Positions 23,760-35,030 of a DNA stretch of 64,000 bases are shown piece after piece. The DNA is from Cenococcum geophilum (Eukaryota), in contig CP158636.1 of NCBI GenBank assembly GCA_050273025.1, forward strand, positions 5,890,001 to 5,954,000. Direction: 5' to 3'. Under the pieces are notes generated by a model. The model made no database searches. It saw only the letters and a list, made by a program, of their open reading frames with translations, and was not told the origin of the DNA. Position 1 is the first letter of the stretch, and each line of letters opens with the position of its first letter. A program made the translations under genes and the position numbers.

Positions 23760-24698
23760 GTAGTAGATTCAATTTACCGTCCGACCCGGTCCCCCTAATG
23801 GGTCCACGCAGACTAATTCCTATAGGAAAAGCTTATATTATATTAAGAAAACCCATTTTAGGTAAACAAAAAACCTCCAGGGGAAACGTAAGAGGTAATA
23901 CTTCCAGATAGCATCCGTATTACATTAACGGGAGGAGAAAAACACCATCAGGTTACTGCTTTGAGACCCCCTTACACAGGAGTGTCTAAAATGCCTATCT
24001 TGCCCTATCTGCCACTTAAACCATTTTTACTACGTCTGTGTATTGCCTATATAAAGTTATATACCTATCCCTAGCTCCTTTTCCAAGTCTCCTATAAATA
24101 TCTCCTAATAATAACGCTTGCGCTCCGCCTGGGCCTGCATGCTAAGGTCTCTTACCTATTTCTTTACTAAAAGGTTTCTACAACGGGGTGTATATAACTT
24201 GGTATTGCTTTTACCCTAGGGCCTAAACCTAGGCCCTTACACCTATTTATAAGGTATAGGAGGACGCTCTAGTATTTAATAGGGGGGACCAGTCCCTATA
24301 ACTAGATACCTAGGTTACTAGGTAATGTTAAAATAGGGGGCCTCTACTACGCTTAGGGCGCGGATTATTTGCATATATATGTGGTTGCTATGCGGTGTAT
24401 ATAGTATTTATAGGAGGGAGGGGGTACGCCGGAGGGATAATTGCTTGTTAATTCGAATAACCGAACGTATATAATAAACGTGGTAGCTATGTTCAAACTT
24501 TTTGCTAGGGCTTACCCCCCAGTGAAATTTTTTTACACCACCACCACTACGTCGCTGCGCAGGCGCTGCGCAGCCGTACATACGTCTCTGCGTTTGCTCT
24601 AGTAGTCTATTAACACGATCTAAACGGAACATCAATAGTAACTGCTAGGTTCCCGGGCTTCACCGCGTGGAGGTGCAAAGGCCGATTTCATCGAGCCC
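23760..24698 (-). mobile_element. 939-bp non-autonomous non-LTR element (internally deleted LINE, SINE-like): structured 5' leader, ORF2 tail and LINE 3' end
   Basis: 14-bp TSD CGGTAAACTTATTA (23746-23759 / 24699-24712); 3' end ...AATCTACTAC; 3' UTR motif shared with the two LINEs. Confidence 0.85.
24592..24698 (-). ncRNA. Putative HDV-like self-cleaving ribozyme
   Basis: The - strand reads GGGCT...TTTGC-ACC-TCCACGC-GGT-GAAGCCC-GG-GAAC...GTTC...CTAGA-GCAAA, which fits the P1, P2, P3/L3, P1.1, P4 arrangement. G1 is the first base of the element. Confidence 0.7.
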
Positions 24699-24749
24699 CG
24701 GTAAACTTATTAATGGGCTGGGTAAATAGGTATAGAATAGTTAATAATA

Positions 24750-25933
24750 ATAATAATAATAATAATTCATTGCTTAACGTCCGATACGGATCCCTATTGG
24801 GCCCACGCGGACTACTCCTTATTTACATATGGGGAGAAAACTCTATTTAAGAAAATAAGAAAACCCCGTAATCCATTTCCCCGCCTTTTAGGACTTAACA
24901 ACTTAGCGCCTATAAGTCGCCTGTGGTGCTCTACTGCCTTACTTTTTAACCTCCTTGGGAACCACTGCTGCCGTAATAAGCCTACAAACGCGCTAGTATT
25001 ACACACTTTACTCTACCACTGTAGAGTTATTAGGGGGCGCCTACTGCTCGCCCCTTTACCTTCTATTACTATTTCCTTTGCAACCCAGAACTAATTTAGC
25101 ATATTTTGGCTAATAAGCCACTAGGTAACCGCCTTAAGACCTTTTTATATTAAGAGCAGTGTATTATAGTTCTCTATGCTAGCTACTAAGAGTATTACCT
25201 CTTAGTTGGTGTGTAAGGGGCATAACAGTATTACGTGTTTTAGTGTCTGTCTTGGCCAGCTATATTTACATCTTAGGCTACCTACTGGGACACCCACCTA
25301 GTAGAGCCAATCTTTTAGTCCTATTACTCCTGTTCTTATAAGTATTACTATTATATTTTCTGCCTTTATTAGGCCTTTACAGAGCCCTTAAGTATTTACC
25401 CCCTATGGCGTTAACCATGCTATAGCTTGGGTTTCTCTTACCTAGGTTAGCCTCTAAACCTTTAACTCCTATACGCCTCTCCAGCGTTAGTCCAACCAGT
25501 ATTGCATTGCGGTAGATGGTTTCCCGGCATTCTTCCGTACTCTACTTTAGCTCCTTTCTCTCTCTTACTATTGTCTTTGCTAGCCTCTTACGCGTCTCCC
25601 TTTCTCCTCTATATAGGCCTAGGCCCTAAAGCAGCACCATTCTTCTTCTGCTTTTTTTACCTGCCTCTCTAATATATCTTCCCTACTTTAGGGTTATTAG
25701 TTTATTCTCCTGCAGGGCGCCCTAGGGTCCCTCTATAGTTTATTTAGGCGTATCTTAATATACTTTATAATATTAGAGTTGCGTTTATTTTACGCCCTTT
25801 ATATTGCAGCGGCTTTAATATATAGTTGTAGGGGGGGAATATTAGCTTCCTTCTCAAGCAGTACTATGGCCGTTTGCTTATACCCGCCTGTTATGCTCTA
25901 AAGGCAGGCTGTTTAGACCTTTTAGAGTGGTTA
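24750..25933 (-). mobile_element. 5'-truncated Tad-like LINE (ORF2 C-terminus, 3' UTR, (TTA)n tail)
   Basis: (TAA)n run at 24742-24766 on +; TSD ~AATAGTTAATAATA (24736-24749 / 25934-25947); C-terminal Cys/His region near 25220-25270. Confidence 0.85.
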
Positions 25934-26110
25934 AATAGTTAATAATATAAACATAACTAGTGGAGTAGTTGCCTAATAAATTAACTCTAATTATATTCTA
26001 AGATTTACTATAAAGAGAAGGAAACCATCTATAGAGACCGTACGTCCTTAAATATATAACTCCTCCCTATAGTAAAGGTTGAGTATATTAGTATATTAGT
26101 ACGTTAGTAT

Positions 26111-29100
26111 TGTTAACGACTCAGTCAATCGAGGCACGAGCACGGTAAGAGGGACGCGCAAGCCTGTACGATTGGTAGTCTATAAACGAGGATCTAAAGC
26201 TAGAGAAAGGAAAGGAGAAGAAGAGCAGCGCTGGTTAAAGTAGGGTTCTTTTTATGCGGTCTTCTAGTCACGTAACCGCGAAGTTCTGCCAAGTTCTGCC
26301 AACCAAGTTCTGCTAGTGCCGTAACATTACCCCCCCCTCCGCAAAAGCCTGCCCTCAGGCTTTGTAGTCCGTATTATGCTTATAGGGCGTTCTTATCTTT
26401 ATGTTCTTCCGGTAGCTTATTGTCTTCACTATACCAGCACTTCATCTACTCGTCTAGGTACTTTGGGGGTCCTAGTTTATTAGGGTAGCGGTTATAGAAT
26501 TCTTAAAGCTTATAGGGACTGCCAATAAAGTTCCATATAGGGTACTAGGTAGGATCTGGGTCATAGCCTTTCTAACTAACGCGGTACTTTAGCGTTTTCC
26601 TTACTAGTTTACAGGCCAGTACTTCTTTAATTTCCTATTCGTTGTCGCCATTAACTTAAATTGGTAGGGGAGGTTCGTTCTTTTATCTAGGCAATAGGTC
26701 GTTTGTAGCTTTTTATAGCTTATCCGGCGAGAAAACGGGGTGAACCTTAATTGAATCCAGGAGCTTTACTTTATATAAGTTACCTATTTTCTTAAGGACC
26801 TTATATGGTCCCGCCATCTAATAGTCTAGCTTATGGCTAGGCCGTTCCGTCTTTTAGTTCTTTATTATAATCCAGACTATATCGCCTATAGTAAAGTTAG
26901 GTTCGCGCCTATACTTATTTACCTACTATTCCATTAATTTCTAGGCCTTTTCTAGATTTATATAGGCTACTGTCCAGGCTTCCTCTAAGCGCTTGGCGTA
27001 CTGCTAGGCTTCCTTATAAGACAGTTTCTTATATATAGTCCGTGGTTCTTCTAGTCTATCCCAGTTAAAGCTTATTTAGGGTAAATACCCCATTTCTAGT
27101 TAGATAGGTGCAAATCCTATAAAGTTATAGGGTAGGGTCGCCTGGGCGTAGTCTATTAGGGGTAGTAGTTCGCCCTAGTTATCCTAGAAGTAGTTAATAA
27201 AAGGCCGGAGTCTTTAATCTAAATATTAATTTATAATCTCCGTCTAGCCGTCTATCTAGGGGTGGTATGCTATAGAGAGCTTTAGCCTAATACCTAGGAT
27301 CTAGGTAAACTCGTTCTAGAAGGCCGATATAAATTATAGGCCGTAATTAGATATAATAGTATCTGGTAGTCCGTAAATGCGGTAGACGTAGTGGATATAT
27401 AGTTAGGCCGCCTCCTTAGTATCAATATTCTTATAACAGGGAATTAAAAACGGGCGCTTACTAAAGCGGTTAACTAGAATTATAACCATATCATATCCGT
27501 CGCGGTCTATTAGTAGCTTATAGAAGTCTATAGAGATATACTACTAGGGGCGGTCGGGTATTGGGAGAGGTTTTAATAGTCCTGGGGTCTTATCTCGTAG
27601 AATTATAGATCTATGGCAGCTGTCGCAGTTCCGTATATAACGGTTAATATCTATAATTATTCCGGGCTAGTAGTAGCGGTCACTAATAATCTTATAGGTC
27701 TTATTTTTTCTAGGGTAGGCTATAGAGACCTAGGCATAAGCTTCGGTAATAAGCTGGGTCCGTAAGTTCTATTCCTTAGCTACTACTAGCTGTTCCTAGT
27801 GCTTAAGTAGTCCGTTTTTAAGGGACTATAGGCTAGTAACGTTCTTTGCCTTTTTACAGTATTCCTATAGAGAGGGGGTTGTTTAGTTAGCCTATAGTAG
27901 TTTATTAATAAGGTCAAGTTTGGAGGAGTTAATAGGATATATCTTGGCGCCTAAGGAGTCCGTACTTAGTTCTGCCCGTATTTAGGGGTTAAGGTATTCT
28001 AGTTATAGTAGCGTCTAGGTCTATAGTAAGATCTTTACAGCCGTCTAGTTATTTAGGTCTTGCTTACGCCTTATAAGAGCGTCCGCACGGTTTATAGCGC
28101 CTAGTCTATATATAATTAAGAAGTTAAACTAAGATAGGGTATCCGCCTAGCGTGCCTACTAGGCCATAAGGGCCTTAGTTATTATAAAGTATTCTAGGGC
28201 CTTATAATCTAAAACTACCTTAATTAGCTTAGGGGTCCCCTCTAGCTATACACGCTAGTGCTAAAAGCTAGAGATAATAGCCAGCATTTCTTTATTATGG
28301 ATGTGGTAATTTAACTTAGCATTTATTATAGTCTTTAAATAGTATATAATAGGGTGCTACTCTCTGTCTAGTTACTTCTGGGAAAAAATACTAGCTATTG
28401 CGCCGTCTAAGGCATTAGTTTCTAGTATTAAGGGCCGTTCTAGGTTAAAATGGGTAAGTAGGGGAGCCGATACTAGCCGTTTCTTAAGCTTATTAAAGGC
28501 CTACCTATATATGGCGTTAAAGTAGAAAGGCTGGTCTTTTCTAGTAAGACGGTTAAGAGGCTGGGCGATCTTGCTGTAGTTCTTAATAAAGCGTTAGTAG
28601 AAGTTATAAAACCCTAAAAAGGATTATACCCCCTTTATGGTCCATAGGGGTGCCTACTGGTTAATTATGGCCGTTTTCTCTAGGTTAGTTTTAATTCCGT
28701 CCATACTAATAATAAAACCTAGGTACTTTATATGCTTAATACTAAACTCTAACTTCTTAATATTAACCTGGAGGCTAGCCTCGCGGAGCCGTTATAGGAC
28801 TTTATGGATGTGCTCCTTATATTTTAGCTTGTTCTTAAAGTAGATTATAATATCATCTAAATAGGCTGTATAGAAATTGTTAAGGTAGTTAAAGAGTATA
28901 TTATTTATATACTGCTAGTATGTAGCTAGTCTGTTAATTAGTCTAAAAGGGAGCACTTTATATTTATACGTTCTGTAATAGGTCTAAAATATAGTAAAAT
29001 CTTTAGACCTAGGGTCTATCCTAATTTGGTAGAAGGCCTAGCGAATATTAAGCTTTATAAAGACCTTAGCTCTACTTATTTAGGCCAAAGTCTTATTAAG

Positions 29101-31990
29101 TAGGGGCAGCGGATAGCGATCCTTATAGGTTATATTGTTTAGCTTATGGTAGTTAATGTAGAAGCGGAGTCCTCTATTTAGCTTTTTAATAAAGAGAATA
29201 GGCGAGGTAAAAGGGGCTTGGCTAGGCTTAATAAAGCCCTTATTTAGGTTATTAATAAGATACTACTTTGTGGCCTATAATTTGGTAATAAACTGCTTGT
29301 AGAGGGGGCTAAAGCTAAGGGTGTTTTCTTTACCCTGCTTAATCTTAATCTTATGGTTATATGGTTAGTAAAGTAAAAGTATATTGGACGCTACTTTAGA
29401 GAATACGTCCTTAAATTTCTGGTGTTAATAGGGCAGCTTTTATTCTACTAGTTCCTTATCTATAAGCTTACTTTTTTATCCACTAAGCTTATTTCCCTTT
29501 TCCTTAATTATTTAATTAATTTTGTATAAGCTCGTTATAAAGGCGACGGTATTAGGCTAAACCAAGTTCTGGTAGAATTCTACGGCACTAATGTAGCAGA
29601 CATTAACTGGTGGGAGGTCTACTGGTTTCCTTACAGCTATTTTCTAAACCGTATTTTACGGTTTAGGGTTTATAATCTTTCTTAGCTCCTATTCTATCTT
29701 CTGCAGGTTATCCCTCCAATCTATTAGTTTAGTATAACGTCTAATATCCCTTACTATTCTTTGTGGCTGTATAGGGCTTAAGCTCTCTATAGGGGGCTTT
29801 TTTAGGTTACTACTAACTTCCTAGGTCTTTAATGTGGGTGGCGTAACATAGGTAGTCTGGGGGCAACGTAGTATACGGATCCGTTATAAATTAAGCTATA
29901 TATCTTTCTTAAAGGCCTAGTCCCTACGCATAGCATTGGCCTAGTAAATAGTATTAATCTAGGGCTATATGAGGTTTTCTATTATAATGCTGATTTCTTT
30001 TATAAAGGAAGGGGTCGGGGGTAGGGTTTTAGGCTAGGTAAGCCGTCTACTCTATACGTCAAGCTATAAGCCTAAATAGGCTAGCTATTTTTGCCCTAAG
30101 ATTATATTGTAGCTACCTAGGTCTGTAATAAGGAAGGGGGCGTTATACTACCTTCGTCCGTTAACACGGAGGTAAATCCGCAAGATAGTTGTAATAGGTG
30201 GTCCTATCCGCCCATTATACCCGCGGATAGGAATTAGTTTAGGTAGTTCTTTAATAGGTATATTTAGAAAGTTAGCTAGCTTTACGGCACACTAGGTATC
30301 TATTAAGGTAAAGGTATTTACTCTAAAGTCAGCTAAAGTAGAGGTTAAAACTTGGTATCTATTACGGAATAAAGTATAAGGGATAGTACAGCTTCTTCTA
30401 TTAACTAGCCAACCTAGATTAATATCTAATATATCAATCCCTTTTAACCCTAGAGAGGAGTCTTCCTCTAGGGTTCCTCTTTTTCCGACTCTGTGCTGTT
30501 CTCCTAGATTAATAGAACCTCATCCGCTTTTGTATTTATCAGGCAATCCTTTATATGGTAACCTTTCTATCCGTAAGAGAAGTAAGCTCCTTAATTACTA
30601 AGGGCCTATATATGGGGGTTGCTATATATAGGCTGAGCATTCGTTAGACCCATAGTAGGGCTAGCCGCACGGCTAGCTGCTAAATTGGCGGTGGGCTGTA
30701 TGGGTAGTGCTGCGGGGGTTGCCAATCGTGCCGGGGCATTACGGGCCGTTCTTGTATTGCTTGTGGTCTGATTTAAAAGGTTTCTAGCTTTATACCGTTC
30801 GGCACATACCTTAATTTGGCGGAGGCCTTAGTTAATAGCCAAGCACTAGTCCGTAAGTTTCTTTAGCGTCTATATAGTAGTAAAAACTGGCAGTATGGCT
30901 CACTGTAGGTCTAGGGTAAGCTTATTAAATAGGTCTGGCATTAGATCTTCCTGGGGAATTTAAGCCTAGCCGGCTAGGTGTAGAAAGCGGGTTTAAAAGG
31001 CCAAGAAGGTCTCTATCGTTTTTATAATTAGGCTTTTATAATTGAGTTGGGCGTTCTATACTTTAAAGGGGTCCTTATAAATAGAAGACAGGTAGACAAT
31101 TATCTCTTCTTTAGAGAGGAAGGGCTCTGCTAAGTCCTGTGCATACCGCGGACGTAGGTGCGTCTGTGCGTCCCTGCCGGTACAGCCAAAGACGTAGGCT
31201 ATTTTAGCCTAAGTGGTAGGGAAGTGGTCCGCATTAACTTTGAGCTTATTCTACAATTAAAGCTTCTAATTATTAAATATAGGGTTAGTTCCGTCTGTAA
31301 GTAATAGGGGGTCCGTGACCTTTATAGACCGCGACGATGCTAATACTATACGTTAGGCTAGAGCCTTAAGGACCGTAGCAAGTCTTTAGGTGTCTAATAA
31401 TTCCTTACTAGGTGTAGGGGGTTCTCTAGCTTTAAGCAGCTCTTAAAGTCGTTTAATTTTGGCATTAGCTACTATAAGCTCCACTTAGGAGTTTAAGTTA
31501 GTTACTATTTTACCATCGGAGGTATTTAAGGGTCCTGCGGCTGCTTTGCCGGCTGCTGTATTTCTTGGCATTGTGGTACAGTTGTTAGGGTAACCTCTAG
31601 TAGGATTCTATAGGGGTTCTAGTCTGTGCGTATTCTATAGGTCTTGTTGTTCTTTTCTATTCTTCTAGTTCTAGTAATATTCTTTAGGTCTAATTCTATG
31701 TTCTATTCTAGTTTGTGGTCCATAGATATATTTAAGTTCCTTTTTAGGAAGAAAGGGTAGCGAGCTTTAGATAATGTTAACGACTTAGTTAATCGAAGCA
31801 CGAGTATAGCAAGAGGGACGCGCAAGCCTATATGATTGGTAGTCTATAAACGAGGATCTAAAGCTAAAGAAAGGAAAGGAGAAGAAGAGCAGCGCTGGTT
31901 AAAGTAGGGTTCTTTTTATACGGTCTTCTAGTCACATGACCGCGAAGTTCTACCAAGTTCTGCTAACCAAGTTCTGCCAGTGCCGTAACA
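26111..31990 (-). mobile_element. Gypsy/chromovirus G2, full length and uninterrupted (5.9 kb); LTRs 26111-26326 and 31775-31990
   Basis: 216-bp LTRs TGTTAAC...CGTAACA; TSD AGTAT (26106-26110 / 31991-31995); PPT C-run at 26330-26340. Confidence 0.97.
26380..31571 (-). pseudogene. gag-pol: gag-pol of G2 (gag, PR, RT, RH, IN, chromodomain) with many RIP stops
   Basis: gag ATG at 31571 (MPRNTAAGKAAAGP); RT AYLDDI near 28850-28866; chromodomain near 26500-26640. Confidence 0.9.
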
Positions 31991-34900
31991 AGTATACTAC
32001 GTTTCTATGTTCCCACGTTCCTACGTTCTGAACTCGTAACGTAACTAGCCATATAACTCGGCTACCTTTTATCCCATAGCTTGATTAGTTCTAGCGCCTT
32101 CCGTACTATCTTAGCCAACCCATTTATATCTGTCCCTAGTAGTTATACTACTGCTAATATAAGGTCCGTAACACCTTATAGATAGAAGATAGGTAGTTAG
32201 TTATTTTTTCCTCTAAGACGAAAGGGTTTACTAAGTCTGTAGTATATTACGGGCGTAAATACGTCTAAGCGTCTCCGCCAGTACGGCTAAAGACGTAGGC
32301 TATCTTGGCTTGAGGGGTAGGAAAGTAGTTAGCATTAACTTTAAGCTTATCCCGTAATTAAAGCTTCTAGTTATTAAATATTAGGTCTGTTCTATCCGTA
32401 AGTAATAGGGGATCTACAACCTTTACTAACCGCTTTAGTACTATATAGGCCTTAATAGATCCACTAAGGCGCTAAAATAGAGCCTAAAGGATTATAGCAA
32501 GTTTTTAGTTATTTAATAATGACTTATTATTAGATATAGGGGTATCTCTAGCTTTAAGCAGCTCTCGCAGTTGTTTAATTTTAGTATTAGCTGCCGTAAG
32601 CTCCGCCTAGGGGGTTAAAATATTAATTATTTCTTTGTCTGAGGTATTTAAGGGTCCTACAGCTGCTTTACCTACTGCTATATTTTATGGCATAGTGGTA
32701 AGGGTATTAGGTAATTCTAGGTAATTTTTTTAGGGGTTCTAGTCTGTATATGTCTTATAGGTCCTTTTTTTAGGGTTCTATTCTTTTCCTTAGGGTCTTA
32801 TTCTATGTTCTTATCCTATTTATAGTCTTATAGATATATTTAAGTTCCTTTTTAGGAAGAGAGAGTAGAATAAGCTTTAGATAATATTAGCATAGCAAAA
32901 GGGTCGCGCAAGCCTATATAATTGGATTGTCTATAAACGAGAATCTAAAGCTAAGGAAAGGAAAGGAGAAGAAGAGTAGCGCCGCTCGATATCATATAAG
33001 ATCTTTACGTCACGTAACCGCAATATACGGCAATTTGTGGCAACTTGCTGGTATAAAGATCTTCTAAGTTCTGCTAACCGAGTTCTGCTATTTTCTGCTA
33101 GTGCTGTAACAAGAAGCTGTACTATCCCTTATACTTTATTCCGTAATAAATACTAAGTTTTAACCTCTACTTTAGCTAACTTTAGAGTAAATACCTTTAC
33201 CTTAATAGATACCTAATATGCTATAAAGCTAGCTAACTTTCTAAATATACCTATTAAAGAACTGCCTAAACTAATTCCTATTTGCGGGTATAACGGGCGG
33301 ATAGAGCCACCTATTATAACTATTTTATAGATTTACCTCCGTGTTAACAGATAAAGGTAGTATAATATCCCCTTCCTTATTACGGACCTAGGTAGCTATA
33401 ATATAATCTTAAGGCGAAAATAGCTAGCCTATTTAGGCTTATAGCTTAACATACAGAGTAGACGGCTTATTTAGCCCAAAACTCTACCCCTAAGCCCTTC
33501 CTTTATAAAAGAAATTAGCATTATAATAGAAAACCTTATATAGCCTTAGATTAATACTATTTACTAGGCCGACGCTATACGTAGGGATTAGGCCTTTAAG
33601 AAAGATATATAGCTTAATTTATAACGGATCTGTATACTACGTCACCCCCAGACTACCTATATTACGCCACCCGCATTAAAGACCTAGAAAGTTAATAGTA
33701 ACCTAAAAAAGTCCCCTATAGAGAGCTTAGGCCCTATATAGCTATAAAGAATAGTAAGGGATATTAGATATTATACTAAACTAATAGATTAGAGGGATAA
33801 TTTATAGAAAATAGAGTAGGAACTAAAAAAGATTATAAACCCTAGACCATAAAATACGGTTTAAAAAACGGCTATAAGGAAACTAGTGGACCTCCTACTA
33901 GTTAATGTCTGCTATATTAGTGCCGTAGGATTTTACTAGAACTTAGTTTAGCCTAATACTATTACCTTTACGACGAGCTTATACGAAATTAATTAAATAA
34001 TTAAAGAAAAGGGAAATAAGCTTAGTAAATAAGAAAGCGAGCTTATAGATAAGGAACTAGTAGAATAAAAGCTATCCTATTAATACTAGAAATTTAAGAA
34101 TATATTCTCTAAAGTAGTATCTAATATACTTTTACCTTACTAACTATATAACTATAAGATTAAGATTAAGCAGGGTAAGGAAAATACCCTTAGCTTTAGC
34201 CTCCTCTATAAGCAGTCTATTATTAAATTATAGGCTATAAAGTAGTATCTTATTAATAACCTAAATAAGGGCTTTATTGAGCCTAGCTAAGCCCCTTTTA
34301 CCTTACCTATTCTCTTTATTAAAAAGCTAAATAGAGGACTCCGCTTCTATATTAACTACTATAAGCTAAATAATATAACCCGCAAGGACTACTATCCGCT
34401 ACCCCTACTTAATAAGACTTTAGCCTAAATAAGTAGAGCTAAGGTCTTTATAAAGCTTAATATCCGCTAGGTATTCTACTAAATTAAAATAAACCCTAGG
34501 TCTAAAGATTTTATTATATTTTAGACCTATTACGGAACGTATAAATATAAGGTACTCCCTTTTAGACTAACTAATAGACTAGCTATATACTAGCGGTATA
34601 AAAATTATATACTCTTTAATTACCTTAACAACTTCTATACAGCCTATTTAAATAATATTATAATCTACTCTAAAAACAAGCTAGAATATAAGGAGCATAT
34701 CTATAAAGTCCTATAATAGCTCCGCGAGGCTAGCCTTTAGGTTAATATTAAGAAGTTAAAGTTTAGTATTAAGCATATAAAGTACCTAGGTTTTATTATT
34801 AGTATAAATGAAATTAAAACCGACCCAGAGAAAACGGCCACAATTAACTAATAGGCACCCCTACGGACTGTAAAGGGGGTATAATTATTTTTAGGTTTTT

Positions 34901-35030
34901 ATAACTTCTACTAACGCTTTATTAAAAACTACAGTAGGATTACTTAGCCTCTTAACTGTCTTATTAGAAAAGACTAGCCCTTTTACTTTAATACTATATA
35001 TAGGCAGGCCTTTAATAAGCTTAAGAAATA

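Larger units (their letters stand above)
5493..32173 (-). mobile_element. Gypsy/chromovirus C (second family), complete but multiply interrupted: 3' LTR 5493-5911; 5' LTR in pieces at 23719-23759, 24713-24749, 25948-26110 and 31996-32173
   Basis: The 419-bp LTR T(G/A)TAACG...CGTAACA can be reassembled from four pieces. 5-bp TSD CCTTA; polypurine tract (PPT) at 5912-5928 (AGAGAGGAGGGAGATGG on -). Confidence 0.93.
3673..33111 (-). mobile_element. Gypsy/chromovirus copy G1. Own sequence: 3673-5492 (start of RT, protease, gag 3') and 32174-33111 (gag 5', 5' LTR ~32885-33111); interrupted by element C
   Basis: Colinear with G2 (29260-31990). The gag reads continuously across TSD CCTTA (5488-5492 / 32174-32178). 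gag ATG at 32693; LTR ends ...GTAACA at 33111. Confidence 0.9.
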
